A stretch of 20,000 nucleotides of DNA, from the IMG/VR virus record IMGVR_UViG_3300007597_000002; one strand, written 5' to 3'. A program made the position numbers and the translations under genes. The DNA is from an uncultured virus (IMG/VR IMGVR_UViG_3300007597_000002) (taxonomy: Duplodnaviria; Heunggongvirae; Uroviricota; Caudoviricetes). This document shows positions 15,239-20,000 of this stretch, piece by piece (positions within the stretch are counted from its first letter, which is position 1; every line of letters begins with the position of its first letter). The notes beneath the pieces are model-generated. The model worked only from the letters and a program-made list of their open reading frames with translations, searched no databases and had not been told where the DNA came from.

Positions 15239-15266
15239 AAATACTTATTATGGAGGTTCCAAACCT

Positions 15267-16370
15267 ATGAATGCAAATGCCGCAAAACGAAGAGCGAAGA
15301 ACAATGCGATCCTCAACAAGATCGTTGATGAGCCAGTGCTCACAGAAGAAAATTATAATTCAGATCTTAACCATGCACTTGGCTGGTACAATATAAACTT
15401 TGACGAGAAGAAACGTCGTAAGAGTGCACTTGAATACTTTGCCAAGGCTGGACAAAAAGCTGAAGTCATTGCAATCAATCGTGCCACTGATTTTGAAGTC
15501 AGATCTCTTGGAGTAGTCTGTCGTCTTGCATCACGTGATCAACCACTTAGCGAAAAGCACCAGAATTTTATTTCTGACACAGCATCAGAATTGGTTCGTA
15601 AGTACAAACTAATCAAAGAAGTTAAAAAAGCAGAAGTTGTTTCAACTCCAGTCGTTTCTATACAAGAACGAATGGAAGAATTAGCACGTAAACATGCAGC
15701 AGAATTCGATGGAGCAATAGATGACTTTATCACAACGAAGACAACGCAGTTCTCGGCAAAGAATTATCTACTTTCAAATGAAGTATCAGCACCAGTTGCA
15801 AAACGAATTGGAGAATTTTATGTACCACAACTCCAAGAAATCGAAGACGCAATTGCAGGAAACGACGATCAACTTGTCGAAGGATATTCATTCTTAACGA
15901 AAAAAGAATTGAAGAAGTATGCTGAGTTTTTGCGTGGCATTGTAGCTGACTGCCAACAACAGGTTCAGACTGCTAAAGCAAACAGGTCTCCACGTAAACG
16001 CAAAGCACCGCCACCATCCAAGGTTGTGGCACGTATGAAATTCATGCGTGAGTTTGTTGAACTAAAACTCAAGTCTTGCAAGCCAGAAGATATACTTGCC
16101 TCAAATGAACTTTGGGTGTATAATACTAAGTATCGTAAGGTTACTGTATACAAAGCAGAGGGTGGAACACTTTCTGTTAAAGGAACTACGATCCTTGGCT
16201 TTGATGTCAAGAATTCCAAGACACTTATGTTACGTAAGCCAGAAGAATTCTTTAAAGGACTTGCGATGGGCAAGCGTGCATTGAATGGTGCAATGAAAAC
16301 AATAACAACAAAACCGACTGTACCAAATGGTCGCATCAATGAAGAGTGTATTCTTCTCGGAGCATTTTAA
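15267..16370 (+). CDS. Conserved T4-like phage hypothetical protein (367 aa)
   Basis: GGAGG RBS and a long ORF. Helical N-terminus (ALGWYN), DDQLVEGYSFL, basic linker and beta-rich C-terminus (LWVYNTKYRK, VKGTTI, NGRINEECILL). Confidence 0.85.
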   Translation: MNANAAKRRAKNNAILNKIVDEPVLTEENYNSDLNHALGWYNINFDEKKRRKSALEYFAKAGQKAEVIAINRATDFEVRSLGVVCRLASRDQPLSEKHQNFISDTASELVRKYKLIKEVKKAEVVSTPVVSIQERMEELARKHAAEFDGAIDDFITTKTTQFSAKNYLLSNEVSAPVAKRIGEFYVPQLQEIEDAIAGNDDQLVEGYSFLTKKELKKYAEFLRGIVADCQQQVQTAKANRSPRKRKAPPPSKVVARMKFMREFVELKLKSCKPEDILASNELWVYNTKYRKVTVYKAEGGTLSVKGTTILGFDVKNSKTLMLRKPEEFFKGLAMGKRALNGAMKTITTKPTVPNGRINEECILLGAF

Positions 16371-17089
16371 TGGATTTTACATATATTGATGAAGGCATCA
16401 ATGCTGTCGTCATCGATAATTTCTTTAATGAAAATCAACTTAAAGAAATTATGACTGAGTTAAAATGGTTGACTAAAGAAAGTGTATTAGTTGGAGAGAA
16501 ACAACTCGATACTGCAGAGAATGAGTATGGTGCATTGGCTTCCAAAAGTGGAGTGTTTTTAGAATCTGTTTTCAATAACTGGAGACACTCAGCATTAATT
16601 TCTTCATCAGTACATCAGATGAATTCAAAAGAATTTCATAATGGATTGATGTCTCACAATGAATTATATAAAACTTTATTTTATTGTAATCATCGATCTC
16701 ATCTTCTTTCTTACTACCAGAATGCAGATTACTATGGTGCGCATTGTGATGCGTCATTCTATACAATGTTAAGTTACTTTCATACCGAACCTAAGAAGTT
16801 TAAGGGTGGCGAAATAATTTTGAGTTCTTATACTCAAGAAAAGAAAGCCACTATTGAAATTAAACCAAATAGGATTGTATTGATTACATCCAACACATGG
16901 CACGAAGTAGCAAAATTAGAGTCTGATGCCAACATGCCAAAGTATAGTGGTGATGGAAGATATTGTAATGCTATATTCTTGACTAGAATTGATGATAAAC
17001 AATGGGTACAAGATCCAAATGGTGGTGGTAAATATATTGATAACCCAGAAGTTGGTAAATATTCTGCAGATAAAGTGAGAAAGAAATGA
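16370..17089 (+). CDS. 2OG-Fe(II) oxygenase
   Basis: Start ATG 16370 (TAATG overlap). VVIDNFF, LLSYY...YYGAHCD (HxD), FKGGEI, WHEV and GRYC. Confidence 0.85.
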   Translation: MDFTYIDEGINAVVIDNFFNENQLKEIMTELKWLTKESVLVGEKQLDTAENEYGALASKSGVFLESVFNNWRHSALISSSVHQMNSKEFHNGLMSHNELYKTLFYCNHRSHLLSYYQNADYYGAHCDASFYTMLSYFHTEPKKFKGGEIILSSYTQEKKATIEIKPNRIVLITSNTWHEVAKLESDANMPKYSGDGRYCNAIFLTRIDDKQWVQDPNGGGKYIDNPEVGKYSADKVRKK

Positions 17090-17979
17090 TATTAATTGAT
17101 TATTCGCAGGTTGCCCTCAGTGCTATCTTAACCTTCCAGCGAGAGTTGAAGGGTACAGAAAGCGAGATTAAGAATTTGATTCGCCATGTAACACTATCCA
17201 CAATCAAATCATACAAGAAAAAGTATGGTAAAGAATATGGAGAAGTCATTGTATGTTGTGATGGTCGTAAGTACTGGCGCAGGGAATTCTTTCAATACTA
17301 TAAAGATGGTAGAAAGAAAACACGTGAAGCATCTGACTTAGATTGGCACTTGATCTTTGATACACTTAATGAGATGCGTCAGGATATCGCACAGCACTTT
17401 CCGTATCGTGTAATGCATCTAGATCGGTGCGAAGCAGATGACATCATTGCAGTACTCACAGAGTGGGCTCAAAACAATCAACTAGTACAAGAAGGATTGG
17501 TTGAGGATCCACAAAAGATTCTTATCCTTTCTTCTGACAAAGACTTCAAACAGTTGCAGTTATATCCTACTGTGAAGCAATGGTCACCGATGCAAAAGAA
17601 ATACATTACTGCATCTCAGAGAGAAATCATCGAGTATAAAATCGAACACATTGTTAAAGGTGATGCTGGTGATGGTGTTCCAAATATCCTAAGCAAAGAC
17701 GATGTATTCTCTTCTGGCGATAGACAAAAACCAGTCAGTGCAAAACGACTACAAGAATTCTTTGATAATGGATTTATTGCATGTAAGAATGACGAAGAAC
17801 GTCGTAACTGGCATAGGAATTCTACTCTGGTTGACTTCAAATTTATTCCAGAGCAGATTAAATCTGACATTATCGCAGAGTACCTAAGTAATAAACCTAC
17901 TGGTGACAAAATGTCGATCATGAACTACCTCATGGAACATCGTTGCCGATTTTTGTTAGATGAGATTGAGGACTTTTAA
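17086..17979 (+). CDS. rnh: T4-type RNase H / 5'-3' exonuclease (FEN-like)
   Basis: MILIDYSQ, CCDGRKYWRR..F.YYK..RK, EADDIIAVL, ILSSDKDFKQLQ and KGDAGDGVPNI. Confidence 0.95.
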   Translation: MILIDYSQVALSAILTFQRELKGTESEIKNLIRHVTLSTIKSYKKKYGKEYGEVIVCCDGRKYWRREFFQYYKDGRKKTREASDLDWHLIFDTLNEMRQDIAQHFPYRVMHLDRCEADDIIAVLTEWAQNNQLVQEGLVEDPQKILILSSDKDFKQLQLYPTVKQWSPMQKKYITASQREIIEYKIEHIVKGDAGDGVPNILSKDDVFSSGDRQKPVSAKRLQEFFDNGFIACKNDEERRNWHRNSTLVDFKFIPEQIKSDIIAEYLSNKPTGDKMSIMNYLMEHRCRFLLDEIEDF

Positions 17980-18411
17980 ATGAGAAAATATATTGTACAG
18001 ATCCTTCAGGAAATCCAAGATAATCCTAAGGTAATTGAAACCTATAAAGATGATGTTCCATTAAGGATTCTTTTCGAGTACGCATTCCTTTCAGAAAAGA
18101 AAATGATTCTTCCTGAAGGTGAACCACCATACAAACCTGCCGATGAACCATTGGGTATGACACCAACCAATTTGTTCAGTGAGATGAAGAAACTTTATAT
18201 TTTCTGCCGTGCAGATCTTACACCACTAAAGCGTGAGAGTTTATTCATTTCTTTCATCGAAGGATTGAAGAAAGAAGAAGCCAGTATTATCATTGCAGCC
18301 AAAGACCAGACTTTACATAAATTGTATCCTAAAATTACTAGGAAATTAGTCAGTGACGCTGGATTTATTCCTCCACTCCCTAAGAAAGTCAAAGAAAGTG
18401 CAACATCTTAA
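17980..18411 (+). CDS. Conserved T4-like hypothetical protein (possibly DUF6433-type)
   Basis: GAGG RBS. LPEGEPPYKP, KRESLFI..IEGL..EEA and KDQTL..LYPKIT. Lies directly after rnh. Confidence 0.75.
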   Translation: MRKYIVQILQEIQDNPKVIETYKDDVPLRILFEYAFLSEKKMILPEGEPPYKPADEPLGMTPTNLFSEMKKLYIFCRADLTPLKRESLFISFIEGLKKEEASIIIAAKDQTLHKLYPKITRKLVSDAGFIPPLPKKVKESATS

Positions 18412-18628
18412 ACCCGAGGATAGAGATTTTCTATTGTTTTTGATGTCATTAAAGGATGACGAATTTACGATGTTATTAAATAGTATGTCTGCCGATGATT
18501 GTATGAGAGTCGCTGTCATGATTCAAGAAGCAAAAGATGAATTCTATGATGACGTAATGGAAGCAGAAGGTATGCCTGATGCATTTGAGTTAATGAGAAA
18601 GATCAAGGCTAACATAGCCGATAACTGA
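18398..18628 (+). CDS. Hypothetical protein
   Basis: Likely GTG start at 18398 (VQHLKPEDRDF...). The ORF fills the gap to the next gene. Confidence 0.7.
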   Translation: MQHLKPEDRDFLLFLMSLKDDEFTMLLNSMSADDCMRVAVMIQEAKDEFYDDVMEAEGMPDAFELMRKIKANIADN

Positions 18629-18642
18629 GAGGAAAATATATT

Positions 18643-19362
18643 ATGCCTAATTGGTGTTACAATACTGTGACTCTGTCACATGAAGATAAAACTAAAATTG
18701 ATGCCTTCGAAGAAGAACTTCAAAAAGAAAAATCTGAGCCACTGAATCATCTGCGTCCAAATCCAGATGGCGCATGGGACTATGGTTGGTCAGTTGAAAA
18801 CTGGGGTACAAAGTGGGATGTTTCCATGCAAGATTGGGAACGAGAAGATGATAATACTATCGTAATGCATTTTGATTCTGCATGGGCTCCTCCAACCACA
18901 CTTTACGAATTTCTTTTCGGAGAAGGATGGGATGTTCGTGCATTATATCATGAACCTGGAATGGGGTTCATTGGTAAGTATGAAGATGGATGTGATGAAT
19001 ACTATGACTATGATATTAGCGATCGTGATTCAATTGAAGATCTGCCAGAAGATCTAATTGATTTTGGTGGCTTAATGGATGAAGTTGAGCGTTACGAAGA
19101 AGAACAAGAAGAAGAACGTCTTTCTGAATTAGAACGTACTGATTGGTTCAATGCATCAGTAAATCCTGTTCATATTGGTCGCTACGAAGTTCAAACTGAT
19201 GCTTGGCCATATCCACAATATTGTAATTGGGATGGTAAAACATGGAGTCGCTGGGATGGTGATGATGTAGTAGTTACTCTATGGCGTGGATGGGTTGGCG
19301 AAGAATGGGATGCTGCAAAGGCATTGGATGATATTCTATTCGAACAAGCAGAAACTAAATGA
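18643..19362 (+). CDS. DUF1281/YubB-Api92-like ferredoxin-fold protein with extra C-terminal Trp-rich domain
   Basis: MPNWCYN start, WDYGWSVENWGTKWDV, FDSAWAPP and YHEPGMGFIG. GAGG RBS. Confidence 0.75.
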   Translation: MPNWCYNTVTLSHEDKTKIDAFEEELQKEKSEPLNHLRPNPDGAWDYGWSVENWGTKWDVSMQDWEREDDNTIVMHFDSAWAPPTTLYEFLFGEGWDVRALYHEPGMGFIGKYEDGCDEYYDYDISDRDSIEDLPEDLIDFGGLMDEVERYEEEQEEERLSELERTDWFNASVNPVHIGRYEVQTDAWPYPQYCNWDGKTWSRWDGDDVVVTLWRGWVGEEWDAAKALDDILFEQAETK

Positions 19363-20000
19363 TATTCAATTTTAAAAAGAGTACGATAACTGTTGATTGT
19401 TTCACACACAGTAGAGCAGCATATGAGTTGTATACAATTCGTAAGGCTGTTCGATACTATCCAGAAACAATTAAAAAGATGGAACCATCTATCCCAATTA
19501 TTGATAGAGAAAGTGGCATCACAATACAAACACCAACACTAAAGAAGTGCACTGGACTAAATGGTTTGTATACTAAAGGTGCTATAATTCCACTGTGGAT
19601 GGATTTTATTTGTGAACCAAAAACACATGGACAAGATAAGTCTAGATTGGGACTAACTGATCAGAATAAAGTTCATAGTCTCCAAACTCATAGTCATGAA
19701 CAATTTCCAGGAATGTTTGATAACTACTATCATATGAAATTCGGTGGAGTTTGGAACATCGTAGAAAATACTGGAATTAAATTTATATGGACTCCTGCTA
19801 TCTGGAACTTAGAAGAATATGATCTAAACGATAAGATTATCATTCCATATGGACTAACATATTACGATGAGCAACCGCAAACTAATCTTAATATTTTTGT
19901 CAAAAAGGATGCGCCAAACTTTATCTTGAAGGCAGGTACTCCAATGATTCATATCATTCCTTTGACCGAAAGGGAAGTAGAATATAAATGTCATCTTGTA
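19359..20000 (+). CDS. Partial ORF, conserved phage protein (DUF6065-like/dUTPase-like fold possible); runs off window end
   Basis: ATGA overlap. Open frame MIFNFKKSTITVDCFT...TLKKCTGL...GAIIPLWMD...LKAGTPMIHIIPLTEREVEYKCHLV with no stop. Confidence 0.75.
   Translation, partial: MIFNFKKSTITVDCFTHSRAAYELYTIRKAVRYYPETIKKMEPSIPIIDRESGITIQTPTLKKCTGLNGLYTKGAIIPLWMDFICEPKTHGQDKSRLGLTDQNKVHSLQTHSHEQFPGMFDNYYHMKFGGVWNIVENTGIKFIWTPAIWNLEEYDLNDKIIIPYGLTYYDEQPQTNLNIFVKKDAPNFILKAGTPMIHIIPLTEREVEYKCHLV

Noticed and set aside
1..20000. tRNA, rRNA, CRISPR array, IS/integrase, Pho box, or stop-codon reassignment
   Set aside because: No cloverleaf, spaced direct repeats, transposase motifs or tandem Pho-box repeats were seen by eye. 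Genes tile tightly under the standard code using TAA, TAG and TGA stops.

Overview
This window is a gene-dense, AT-rich segment of a T4-like (Tevenvirinae-related) myophage genome, with all credible genes on the + strand. The IscU/IscA/ErpA and NrdAB types suggest an aquatic phage of a proteobacterial host (inference). Order: primase C-terminus, thyX, nrdA, 2OG-Fe(II) oxygenase, nrdB, CxxC mini-protein, GIY-YIG nuclease, then a ~9 kb accessory block (4662-13258). That block holds membrane and secreted proteins, an exported non-specific nuclease, iscU-iscA-erpA, a lipoprotein, a PlcP/LpxH2-type metallophosphoesterase, a GT2 glycosyltransferase and a BPL_N/GATase-like protein. After an intrinsic terminator come sigma70-promoter-driven small early genes (acidic proteins, MazG-like, ArfA-like peptide, WYL_2/SH3), a conserved hypothetical, a second 2OG oxygenase, T4-type RNase H and further hypotheticals. 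Highlights: (1) a probable overprinted gene (5020-5256) nested in a membrane protein gene, with its own strong RBS and a matching codon-usage shift; (2) a phage PlcP-like phospholipase plus glycosyltransferase and an exported nuclease, which looks like a phosphorus-scavenging/lipid-remodelling module; (3) an unannotated ArfA-like peptide; (4) an Fe-S scaffold/carrier trio; (5) a repeated operator-like palindrome beside the sigma70 promoters; (6) two 'MDP' paralogous membrane-anchored helical proteins. All family calls come from motif recognition by eye; no database searches were run.
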